A DNA stretch of 64,000 bases, taken from a virus. Below are positions 40,782-48,697 of the stretch, piece after piece. Positions within the stretch are counted from its first letter, which is position 1; every line of letters begins with the position of its first letter. The translations under genes were made by a program, and so were the position numbers. The stretch is taken from IMG/VR virus record IMGVR_UViG_3300027852_000041; one strand, 5' to 3'. Below the pieces are notes generated by a model. The model was not told the DNA's origin and did no database searches. It saw only the letters and a program-made list of their open reading frames with translations.

Positions 40782-41969
40782 ATGAACATCGCTCGAAAAT
40801 ATACTGTTTACCGACAAAATATTATAGATTACCACCTTACCGATGAGGGTCAGCTACATTACCGGGACCGGGTAGACGTCACCCCCGGCCATGCAAGATT
40901 AGCGGACGCTACAGCATGGACGGCAATGCTGCTTTCCTCTGAGGTTATGAGATATGCAAGACAGCCGGGTCAAGAAGGCTTGAAAATAATAAATAAACTG
41001 TTTTCCTACTTTGAGCTATATCCCAAAATTTTCGGAATGCCGCTGTTAGGGCGTTGTATCCATGTAAGACAAAATGGGGAGTGGCCGGCAGGGGCAAGAA
41101 AAGACCGGAAATATTTTGAGGGTAAGGGGGAATATGCAAAATATGTGATAGCGGCAGATGTAAGCCCGGACCAATATAGCTATTTTATGCAGGCAATGGC
41201 GCTGGTTTATTGCTATATTCCTTCTTTAAGAAGCCGGGTAGTTCATCTGGTTATCCCGATGCTGGAAAAAATTGAGCGAGACGGGTTTAATATTTTTGAT
41301 TTTGACGGGGAGCAGACAAAACACGGGGATTTGCGCACGTGGTTCGGTCCTGTGCCTATTACCTTCTATGCGTACTTAAAGTATGCTTTTTATTATTTCG
41401 GCAACATCATAGCACCCGGTAAATTTGAGCATACCCTTAAAAAATGGCGCTGGCATGGCTACAATTATCTGCTCGCGCGCCCCCGGTTAGGCGGCAGAAT
41501 GTCAAAGGAGAGCAACGTGATTTATCTGATTACAAATATGTTCACCCTTTGGCTGTGCGCTTACAAAACAAATGATGTGAAGCTGTTAACACAAATAGAG
41601 AAAGGAGCACGTTTTGCATGGAGCAGAATTGGACGCCGTGGGAATGCCCCGGTTAATTTTATTCTTGGCCACATTGGTCTTACTGGTGATACTCAACAGG
41701 AAGCATTTAAGCAAGGAGTTCAAACACTGGTGGACTTCCCGGAAAATAAAAGATGGTACGAAAATGTGATAGACGAGAAGGAAAGGAGGGAGGTAGTACC
41801 GATAGGCAAGCGGAAAAAGAATACCGTGTACTGGAAGGGGGATCACTATCTTGAGGAAATCCGGGCGGACAATAAGCTGTGCAGAAAAGAAAAGGAATAT
41901 ACCGGAGTTGACTTTCTGTATGCAGTGGAGTTGGAGAAGGCGTTGGGGGAAGGAAGATATAAAATCTAA
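40782..41969 (+). CDS. 395-aa orphan protein, helical-repeat-like
   Basis: The largest early ORF of unknown function. RBS AAGGAG. No motif I recognise. Confidence 0.6.
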   Translation: MNIARKYTVYRQNIIDYHLTDEGQLHYRDRVDVTPGHARLADATAWTAMLLSSEVMRYARQPGQEGLKIINKLFSYFELYPKIFGMPLLGRCIHVRQNGEWPAGARKDRKYFEGKGEYAKYVIAADVSPDQYSYFMQAMALVYCYIPSLRSRVVHLVIPMLEKIERDGFNIFDFDGEQTKHGDLRTWFGPVPITFYAYLKYAFYYFGNIIAPGKFEHTLKKWRWHGYNYLLARPRLGGRMSKESNVIYLITNMFTLWLCAYKTNDVKLLTQIEKGARFAWSRIGRRGNAPVNFILGHIGLTGDTQQEAFKQGVQTLVDFPENKRWYENVIDEKERREVVPIGKRKKNTVYWKGDHYLEEIRADNKLCRKEKEYTGVDFLYAVELEKALGEGRYKI

Positions 41970-42126
41970 TATACTTGGAGACCCAAGAATGAACAAAAAT
42001 CCCTACGGTGACATTTTGCTTGAATTATAATCCGGGTTATAGGAGCATGACTGTAGAATTGAGGAAGGAATTGCCGAGCCATATGGGTTCACCAACCAGC
42101 ATTTCCATGCCTGTCTAAAAATTTTC

Positions 42127-42279
42127 ATGGATGCTTTTCTCTGGAAAATATTGGAAAATATGAAAGACGAAAAAGACAATGGGAAAAAAGCGGACGTAGT
42201 TCAAAAAGCGGGGGAAGCATTGAGAAAAATTATCCTTGAATTTACGGGGATTGATCCTCATGAGCTTCATAAAAGTTAA
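42127..42279 (+). CDS. 50-aa hypothetical protein
   Basis: Own translation MDAFLWKILENMKDEKDNGKKADVVQKAGEALRKIILEFTGIDPHELHKS. No clear RBS. Confidence 0.3.
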   Translation: MDAFLWKILENMKDEKDNGKKADVVQKAGEALRKIILEFTGIDPHELHKS

Positions 42280-42308
42280 ATTAATTATAGTTTTTAAAGG
42301 AGACTCAA

Positions 42309-42503
42309 ATGGAAGAACAAGGCCTTTTCCATGCAAGTATTAATATACCAAAAGCATCAAAATGGAAATGTTATATGTTCGGCAATACCCCAGAAACAAA
42401 TAATGGTATTTGCTATTTTCCTGTTGAGGGGCAAGTGCCAAATATTTTTGTTAGATTTATGATGAAAATATGTTTTGCTTGTACGTGGGTTAAAACTGAA
42501 TAA
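42309..42503 (+). CDS. Hypothetical protein
   Basis: 64 aa. RBS AAGGAG. Confidence 0.5.
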   Translation: MEEQGLFHASINIPKASKWKCYMFGNTPETNNGICYFPVEGQVPNIFVRFMMKICFACTWVKTE

Positions 42504-42548
42504 TAAAAAACTATCTGGCTTAACCGTTATCTTCCAAGGAGTACCCAA

Positions 42549-43022
42549 ATGATGTTTTTAGATAGGTTTGATTCAGTCTCAGAGTTGCGAGGCAAAAATA
42601 GGACTTACGAAAACATAAAGAAGGCTGTTCTGAAAGCAGGCAGATTCTCGGTTTTCGATGTTAAGACAAAAGAGGACAAAATATTATTCACACGCCTTTG
42701 TAATGATCCTGATCTTGAAATTTACAAAAAGGAATACCCATGGACGTATGTGAGAAGCCGAAACAATATCCCCATTTCAAGTAAGCTGTATTTAGAAGGA
42801 AAAGCGATTAAGTGGTGTGCCGATAACGATAGGACTTCAAGCCCGTTCAATGTTATCTCTGCGTTGTGCGCTATGGGGTGGATAAAGGAGGAGGTTCGCC
42901 AATATCAATTATTAGTTGGTAAATGGAAAGCACAAGCTGATAAAACGGCTGACGAACGGGAACAAATGTGGTTATACGCTTGTGCGTCAGATTTGGAATC
43001 ATTAATTAGACAGTCCCACTAA
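42549..43022 (+). CDS. Hypothetical protein
   Basis: 157 aa. RBS AAGGAG. Confidence 0.55.
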   Translation: MMFLDRFDSVSELRGKNRTYENIKKAVLKAGRFSVFDVKTKEDKILFTRLCNDPDLEIYKKEYPWTYVRSRNNIPISSKLYLEGKAIKWCADNDRTSSPFNVISALCAMGWIKEEVRQYQLLVGKWKAQADKTADEREQMWLYACASDLESLIRQSH

Positions 43023-43102
43023 CAATCGCATCCACACAGATGCCATACTACCGGCGCGGGTGATGCAAAATTTTATGCCCTTTGGGCAAAAGGAGAATAA
43101 AT

Positions 43103-43333
43103 ATGTCAAGCACATTAAATCCAAGCGAAGCTGTTTATGGTTTTGCAGCATGGTTAACGACCCGGAGTGAAAAAACGGTAATGTCTGCCTCGAATGATGC
43201 AGCACCAATTGCTGACCTTGTAAAGCAATTTTGTGAAACAAACTCTTTGCCGGAGATATCGGAACATTGGCCAGATAATTTAATACATCCAACTGGTGAA
43301 GTGGCAGTGCCGGAAATTGTGCATAACCAATAA
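43103..43333 (+). CDS. Hypothetical protein
   Basis: 76 aa from ATG 43103 (RBS AAGGAG). Confidence 0.5.
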   Translation: MSSTLNPSEAVYGFAAWLTTRSEKTVMSASNDAAPIADLVKQFCETNSLPEISEHWPDNLIHPTGEVAVPEIVHNQ

Positions 43334-43396
43334 ATGCACTGGACGGCAAACAGCCGCCGCCCGTGATTAAAGACGATAACGCTTGGAGGTAAAACA

Positions 43397-43612
43397 ATGT
43401 GCGGAATGCCAACGGAAGATGAAATATTAAAACTCCAAAAAGAAGGGCATACTTTTCATTGTGCTATGCGAATTTTAACAGGCGACGGTGAATGTGAGTG
43501 CGGCAAAAAAGACTTCATCCCAAGTGGCATTTCCCGTGCAATGTATAAGGGACGCTGCCCCGTTTGCTTAAAAAGCGAAGGGCATACTCCGTGGTGTAGA
43601 AACGCAGGGTAA
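43397..43612 (+). CDS. Cys-rich small protein
   Basis: 71 aa. Contains C..HC, CEC and CPVC...H..C. RBS GGAGG. Confidence 0.5.
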   Translation: MCGMPTEDEILKLQKEGHTFHCAMRILTGDGECECGKKDFIPSGISRAMYKGRCPVCLKSEGHTPWCRNAG

Positions 43613-43622
43613 CATAAAAAAA

Positions 43623-43636
43623 GGGCCTTTCGGCCC
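43623..43636. terminator. Short GC hairpin GGGCC-TTTC-GGCCC
   Basis: An A7 run precedes it on the plus strand, which becomes a T-run after the hairpin on the minus strand. No T-run follows on the plus strand, so the direction of action is unclear. Confidence 0.35.
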
Positions 43637-43745
43637 CCGATGGCAAGTCACCATCCACCTCCATGATTATGGATTAAAAACAGTGTACTAAATTTGCTTA
43701 TTGTTGTCAATACTTAATTAGCTTGTTCCAAAGGGAGGTTTTGCA

Positions 43746-44054
43746 ATGATACAACATAAACCATTTATTCTTATAGGTCCGGGAGATACTATTCAGGAAG
43801 AAATCACTGCAAGAGGATGGAGCCAGCAATACTTCGCAGAAGTTATTAATATGTCCTCGAAGTCAGTAAATTTATTGATTAACAACAAGCAACCGATTAC
43901 CCTTGAAATGGCATCACGGTTAAGCAAAGTCTTTGGGCAGTCCGTTCAATTTTGGCTGAATCAAGATGCAATTTATCGAGAACATTTAGATTGGCAATTT
44001 ATCCCAAAGTGTAGAAAAAGGAGAGGAGAAAAAATGAAGGAGGAAAGGAGGTGA
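43746..44054 (+). CDS. HigA/VapI-like XRE-family HTH protein
   Basis: 102 aa. GDTIQEEITARGWSQQYFAEVINMSSKSVNLLINNKQPITLEMASRLSKVFGQSVQFWLNQD is typical of HigA-type antidote proteins. No HigB-like ORF is adjacent. Confidence 0.7.
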   Translation: MIQHKPFILIGPGDTIQEEITARGWSQQYFAEVINMSSKSVNLLINNKQPITLEMASRLSKVFGQSVQFWLNQDAIYREHLDWQFIPKCRKRRGEKMKEERR

Positions 44055-44058
44055 TATT

Positions 44059-44298
44059 GTGGAATTTGGTAGAGCAATAGAGCATAAGATTATCATTGAA
44101 CCAACAAGTAACAAGGGTTTTTATGTTCGTGTAGGGTGTGGAAGATTTTCTTTTAGTAACAACGAAGATCTTTTGCAAGGGTTAAGAGATTATCTTGTTA
44201 ATCCTGAGAAGTTGGAAAAGGAATATAACAGATTACAATCTCAACTAGAAGAAGTAGCCCGTGAACCAGTAGAAGATCCACCTATTACAGTAACATAA
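44059..44298 (+). CDS. Hypothetical protein
   Basis: 79 aa. GTG start with RBS AAGGAGG. Last plus-strand gene. Confidence 0.45.
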   Translation: MEFGRAIEHKIIIEPTSNKGFYVRVGCGRFSFSNNEDLLQGLRDYLVNPEKLEKEYNRLQSQLEEVAREPVEDPPITVT

Positions 44299-44305
44299 AG
44301 CAAAG

Positions 44306-44342
44306 GGCTTGCTACCTACAGAGCATACGTAGGTAGCAAGCC
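44306..44342. terminator. 14-bp perfect hairpin at the convergent junction of the early and late blocks
   Basis: GGCTTGCTACCTAC (44306..44319) / GTAGGTAGCAAGCC (44329..44342) with a 9-nt loop. Confidence 0.6.
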
Positions 44343-44351
44343 ACAGAACTA

Positions 44352-44555
44352 TTAATTATCGTCATCCGGGATATTAAACGTAGCCCGAATCATATCGCAG
44401 ATAGGCAGAACACTTTTGTCGTCTATCTTGTTTTCACTGTTTATCACTGCATCCTCAGCGAAGTCTAACAGCTTATCGGCAAATGACCTTAATAGTTCCG
44501 GGGTTAACAGCCCCATTAACATTTCAATCAAATATACTAATAACTTGGTTTTCAT
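44352..44555 (-). CDS. Small lysis-cassette-associated protein
   Basis: 67 aa from ATG 44555. Hydrophobic N-terminus, acidic C-terminus (IPDDDN). Confidence 0.45.
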   Translation of the reverse strand: MKTKLLVYLIEMLMGLLTPELLRSFADKLLDFAEDAVINSENKIDDKSVLPICDMIRATFNIPDDDN

Positions 44556-44575
44556 GTAATTCAACACCTCCCTTC

Positions 44576-44824
44576 TTATTCAGATTCTTCCATTCTTAAT
44601 TCCTGATATGTTTTTTTCCCAAAATATTTACGGGGATTCCCGCAGGCATGGCAAGAGCAACGCACCTTTGTCTTTCGATAGCCTCCCAGTATCCAGTTAA
44701 TGTGGTTTTCTCCCGAAAAATGTTCTCTTTCTTCTCCAGAAAGCGTATCAGGGTAATGCCCATGATATTTCTTGAAAGTTTTCCTTGCTATTCTGTTAGC
44801 AACTTGCAAACGATTATAGTTCAT
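44576..44824 (-). CDS. Hypothetical protein with a C-terminal CSCHACGNPR motif
   Basis: 82 aa from ATG 44824. It overlaps the upstream stop. Confidence 0.45.
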   Translation of the reverse strand: MNYNRLQVANRIARKTFKKYHGHYPDTLSGEEREHFSGENHINWILGGYRKTKVRCSCHACGNPRKYFGKKTYQELRMEESE

Positions 44825-45290
44825 TTTTACTATTCTCAATATATTTTTTCTGAGTCAGGCTGTTCACAACTTTTTCAGTTACCATCTGGACAGTTCTTGC
44901 GCCAAAATAGAAGGCGATTATCGTGAGAACTGCCGTTTCATGAAACTTTGTCAATGTGATATATTCAAAAGCACTCGCCAGGTAAACAACAAGCCCTCCT
45001 AAAGCATATAATGGCCGGGGCAATATTCGTAGTATTTCCGCCCATGCTGGAGGTTTGATATTGATAGCTTCCTGAATTGCTAATTGTCTTGCCGAATCCC
45101 TGTCCCCGTAAACTTTTTCAAGCACGTCCGACAAAACTTTATCATTATATTTTAACGCCCTGATAACTTCAATCCTGATTCTTGATTCAATAGTTTTTTG
45201 TTCTTTCTCGGATATTTTGTCGGGCCAAAACTTATCAAGAACTTTCGAGACAATATCAGTTACAGGTGCGACTAAGGTTTTCCACCACAT
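44814..45290 (-). CDS. Holin candidate (GTA-type 3-TM holin-like)
   Basis: Start set at MWWKTLVAPV (RBS GAGGA). The VLDKFWPDK...coiled region...hydrophobic C-terminal half resembles the holin-of-3TMs family. Recognised by eye only. Confidence 0.4.
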   Translation of the reverse strand: MWWKTLVAPVTDIVSKVLDKFWPDKISEKEQKTIESRIRIEVIRALKYNDKVLSDVLEKVYGDRDSARQLAIQEAINIKPPAWAEILRILPRPLYALGGLVVYLASAFEYITLTKFHETAVLTIIAFYFGARTVQMVTEKVVNSLTQKKYIENSKNEL

Positions 45291-45295
45291 TGTTA

Positions 45296-45475
45296 TTATT
45301 CCTCTGTTTTGTGCTTTTCCAACAACAGCAATACCCGCCACGAAGGATACTCAGCAAGAATATCCAGCAAATGTTTCTGGACCTCCTTAATTTGAGCAAT
45401 AGGCAAATTTATTACCCCCCCCTCTTTTTCTGCAACTTTGACGGCAAGCGATGTTTCGTTTATTGTAGTTTTCAT
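45296..45475 (-). CDS. 59-aa hypothetical protein
   Basis: Own translation MKTTINETSLAVKVAEKEGGVINLPIAQIKEVQKHLLDILAEYPSWRVLLLLEKHKTEE. One residue below the track cut-off. Confidence 0.4.
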   Translation of the reverse strand: MKTTINETSLAVKVAEKEGGVINLPIAQIKEVQKHLLDILAEYPSWRVLLLLEKHKTEE

Positions 45476-45484
45476 AGTCCTCCC

Positions 45485-45796
45485 CTACTTATGTTTTGCC
45501 GCCAGCTTCAATACCAAAGTGTAAATATCATCTACTTTTTTTCGTAAATATTCATATTCTTTTTTGTTCTCTTTCCCCCGCTCACAGCTATGATAAATGA
45601 TTTCGCTGTCTCTTTCCATACTTTGTGCTTCCACCCGTTCTAATTCTGCGCTACTCGCCTTTGTTGCAATGACAGTATTTATTTTGTCTAATTTCCCCCC
45701 CATAATAGTTCCTACCCCAAGGCTGGCAACTGCCAGAAAAGCCAGAAAAGCAATTACAACTTTTGCTTGTGTTAATGTTATATTTTCTCCGGCCAT
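45485..45796 (-). CDS. N-terminal TM + coiled-coil protein (spanin- or holin-accessory-like)
   Basis: 103 aa. TM segment VVIAFLAFLAVASLGVGTIMGG. RBS GGGAGGGG. Confidence 0.5.
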   Translation of the reverse strand: MAGENITLTQAKVVIAFLAFLAVASLGVGTIMGGKLDKINTVIATKASSAELERVEAQSMERDSEIIYHSCERGKENKKEYEYLRKKVDDIYTLVLKLAAKHK

Positions 45797-46254
45797 CGTC
45801 TTTTTTCCCCTCCCAAGTCAATGTAAAAAAATGTAGCATACCTATGAAATCCACCCGGCCAATCTTTTCCCAACATATCATCCACCTCATCTAATAATTG
45901 TCTTGTACTTATTATCCCCAACTTGGAGATAGGAGTTATCTCAAGTGCGGTTGCCACAGGCTTGGAAGGCCAGATAAGATGACAAGAATTGTAGGGAATT
46001 TTATCTTCAGCGACTCCCATCTTTTTGTAAATATCGACATGGTGCTTTACACATCTTGCCCCGGAGTTTACTTTTAACATAATCTCATCCTGTTCCCGGC
46101 AACGGCTGTTCAGAGCGGCTCTGATTGCCTCTGCTACCCACAGGATAGATATATCAATCCTTACCTCTTCATCGTCCCTGCAACGCCTACAGGGACATCT
46201 AATCGTATCATATTTGCCGGTATAGTTAAAGTGGGGAGTTAGTTGCATATTCAT
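45778..46254 (-). CDS. Peptidase M15-like endolysin candidate
   Basis: 158 aa. The layout VNSGARCVKHH ... SCH ... ATALEI ... FFYIDLG resembles the SGyRc..hN / S.H / A.D / vD motifs of M15A D-Ala-D-Ala carboxypeptidase-type lysins. Confidence 0.45.
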   Translation of the reverse strand: MNMQLTPHFNYTGKYDTIRCPCRRCRDDEEVRIDISILWVAEAIRAALNSRCREQDEIMLKVNSGARCVKHHVDIYKKMGVAEDKIPYNSCHLIWPSKPVATALEITPISKLGIISTRQLLDEVDDMLGKDWPGGFHRYATFFYIDLGGEKRRWPEKI

Positions 46255-46592
46255 TTCTGCCCGTTTTTCTTTTCTGTCATCACCGGCTTTTTTCCATGCT
46301 CATATTTCACCGATACCTCTTTGTTCAATTTCTCTTCGTCCCCGCTATAGCCCTTTCGGGTAATGGTGTCCAATACCCCATCTTTCGTGTAAGTATATTC
46401 CTCTACCCTGCTGGAAATCACTTTGCCATCAATGTCTACTATTTTTTCTTTCCATTTCTTATACCCTCTGCCTTGTGCGTCCTGCTCTGTTTCAACAACC
46501 GATTGCGGCAGATGTTCTCCGGCTTCAATAGCCTCCACTAAGTCAGGACGGTCAAGAACAATATCACTTAATGTTGCATCTTTTAAGTCCAT
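46251..46592 (-). CDS. Hypothetical late protein
   Basis: 113 aa. RBS AAGGAG. Confidence 0.55.
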   Translation of the reverse strand: MDLKDATLSDIVLDRPDLVEAIEAGEHLPQSVVETEQDAQGRGYKKWKEKIVDIDGKVISSRVEEYTYTKDGVLDTITRKGYSGDEEKLNKEVSVKYEHGKKPVMTEKKNGQK

Positions 46593-46601
46593 GTTATCTC
46601 C

Positions 46602-47441
46602 TTATAGGTCTCTGACGAGACGGCAGTTATATTTGTTGAGTTTTCGAGGTGTTGTACTAAAATAGAACTGGCTAAAAAGCAATCTTGCCGCATAAGTAGG
46701 ATTTTTGTCTGTGACCGACGACATCCAGGTATAACCCGTCGGGGTAGAAGGAAACACCGTAGTGTCGACATGTGGGTCTTTTTCGGATATGTCTACAATA
46801 GAAAATAATTGGAACAAATTCGGCACATACCAATCACTATGCCCCCCAAGACTATTAGCATTCGCCTGATCTGCAAAATTCCAAATCAAGTCATCTGTTG
46901 TTGCCAAGTCAATACTTACGCTGGCTTCATTTACAACCGCTTCCGATACCGTGATAACGGAAGAGGTGATTCCTGCTACTGTAAACGGCCCTGGATTATT
47001 CCCAGATGTGGTGGGGAATATTCGTCCCCCGCATAACGCAGCTGTGCTAAACGGCGTCCCTGCATCAGCAGTGATTGTTTTCCCTGCGGCGTCAAAAGTG
47101 CAGGTTTCTCCGGTGATGGCGTACTGTTCCCAGAATAGTACGCCATCACCGGCAGGCCCAATATCGCTTTGAGGAACCGCTGACCATTCCAGATTATTAA
47201 CGTGGTCTTTAGTGCAATTATTAGACAATGCACAAGTTTTACTATTGATAGTAATATTAGTAGTTCCCGCATATTGCCCGGCAATCATTAGTTCGAAATC
47301 TCTGGCTAATCCTTTTTGTAATGCACCATCATCTCCGGCATGGTAGCTGGTTGTTTGGCCGGTTGTTAAAAGGCCACCTGCAGTTCCCCCCGACACCGAT
47401 GGCCCTGGTGGGTACATCGCAGGATACATAGTAGGATTCAT
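46602..47441 (-). CDS. Fibre-like protein with a DUF1566 (Lcl C-terminal)-like domain
   Basis: 279 aa. GGHSDWYVPNLFQLFSIVD and YTWMSSV resemble the dWRLPt..EL / YWSS motifs. The N-terminus MNPTMYP is shared with the next gene. Confidence 0.55.
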   Translation of the reverse strand: MNPTMYPAMYPPGPSVSGGTAGGLLTTGQTTSYHAGDDGALQKGLARDFELMIAGQYAGTTNITINSKTCALSNNCTKDHVNNLEWSAVPQSDIGPAGDGVLFWEQYAITGETCTFDAAGKTITADAGTPFSTAALCGGRIFPTTSGNNPGPFTVAGITSSVITVSEAVVNEASVSIDLATTDDLIWNFADQANANSLGGHSDWYVPNLFQLFSIVDISEKDPHVDTTVFPSTPTGYTWMSSVTDKNPTYAARLLFSQFYFSTTPRKLNKYNCRLVRDL

Positions 47442-47511
47442 ACTCCCCCCTCCTAAAGTCTAAATACATTATCTTTTGCTATTGCTTTCATTTAATTCCA
47501 AGCTCCCATGT

Positions 47512-48240
47512 TTAGTTCTTATACCCCATAGCTCCTTGATAAATGCTTATTATATTATTTGCGTCTGCACTTGCCCATTGTGCTGTGATTGTTACATCCA
47601 TATTCAAAGTTGTATTAATGGTTGTGACAGCAATAATCTCCTCTGTGGTCCCATCTATGTCCAAGTCAACATGAATTGCTCTTGAACCTGTTGCTCCTAT
47701 AGTTCTTTGTGTCGCATCTGCATCTATCTGCCAGAATGAACCAACGCCTATCGCTTTTGTTGTAGGGTTTAAGGTGACTATTGTATTGCCACCTACTTTA
47801 ATTCTTAAAGTGACTTCATCTGCAGCGGTTGCTCCACCATTTTGGATAACTCCATCGCAATGAAATTTAAATATATTGCCAGCTTTCAAGCTATCGGCAG
47901 CCATCGCACCAGTCCATAGAGTAGTTTCATCAGTAGTATTTTCGCAAGTTACGGTTTCCAGCAACACATCGGAAGTTCTGTCTATGACCCTTTGATGAGC
48001 TACATTGGTAATGTAAAATCTTCCGTCCGCAAATTCAAGACTCCCTGTTTCAGGAGTTGTTAATTTTGTACTGGCCTCGAACTTGATTTGTGGAATTAAA
48101 GCTGTCCCTGCCGCTAAATTAAGCAGTGCTGTTGTAGAATATACCCAACGCTTCAACTCAGCGTCCCAAAATGCTATTTGCCCTTGCGCAGAACCCTCAG
48201 CACCAGGCATACAGGATATCGGATACATTTGTGGGTTCAT
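47512..48240 (-). CDS. Fibre-like late protein
   Basis: 242 aa. N-terminus MNPQMYPISCMPG. Beta-rich. Confidence 0.5.
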   Translation of the reverse strand: MNPQMYPISCMPGAEGSAQGQIAFWDAELKRWVYSTTALLNLAAGTALIPQIKFEASTKLTTPETGSLEFADGRFYITNVAHQRVIDRTSDVLLETVTCENTTDETTLWTGAMAADSLKAGNIFKFHCDGVIQNGGATAADEVTLRIKVGGNTIVTLNPTTKAIGVGSFWQIDADATQRTIGATGSRAIHVDLDIDGTTEEIIAVTTINTTLNMDVTITAQWASADANNIISIYQGAMGYKN

Positions 48241-48254
48241 AGGTTGCCCTTTTC

Positions 48255-48680
48255 CTAAAGTCTGAATAGTTTAAAATAAACCGTAACCGCCCCACTATCT
48301 ACGGCAAACTTCGCCCCTATTTTTACGCTTCCTTCCCCGACAAACAATCCCTGGATTAATTTGCATTCGTAAACAACCGCTCCGGTTGAATCCCCAATGG
48401 CGAAAGAGGAAAGTTCGGTATCTCTTGAATCCGTCCCGTTAATCTTGATTTCATTATATACCGTTACCGTTAATGTTTCCGCTGTTGCCTCAATTGGCTT
48501 TTCGATAGCCAGCAAATAATAATCGTGGGGATGGCATGGTTCCGCTATGCTGATAGAAGCAGTTTTCTTCTCGGTTGTCAAATCATCCCCTGCGTCAAAA
48601 GCAATGCTTGATTCGGCGATTTTCCCTGAATCTATTTCAGCCCGGTCATATACATATATTGCCTTTTCTCCTGCTTTCAT
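48255..48680 (-). CDS. Hypothetical late protein
   Basis: 141 aa. RBS AAGGAG. Confidence 0.55.
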   Translation of the reverse strand: MKAGEKAIYVYDRAEIDSGKIAESSIAFDAGDDLTTEKKTASISIAEPCHPHDYYLLAIEKPIEATAETLTVTVYNEIKINGTDSRDTELSSFAIGDSTGAVVYECKLIQGLFVGEGSVKIGAKFAVDSGAVTVYFKLFRL

Positions 48681-48697
48681 TTAACCATCTCCTTTTC

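Noticed and set aside
45415-45422. C8 homopolymer (G8 on the coding strand), initially taken for a frameshift site splitting a small lysis-region ORF.
   Set aside because: Base-by-base re-translation shows a continuous 59-aa ORF (45296..45475) through the tract. My first reading had miscounted the run.
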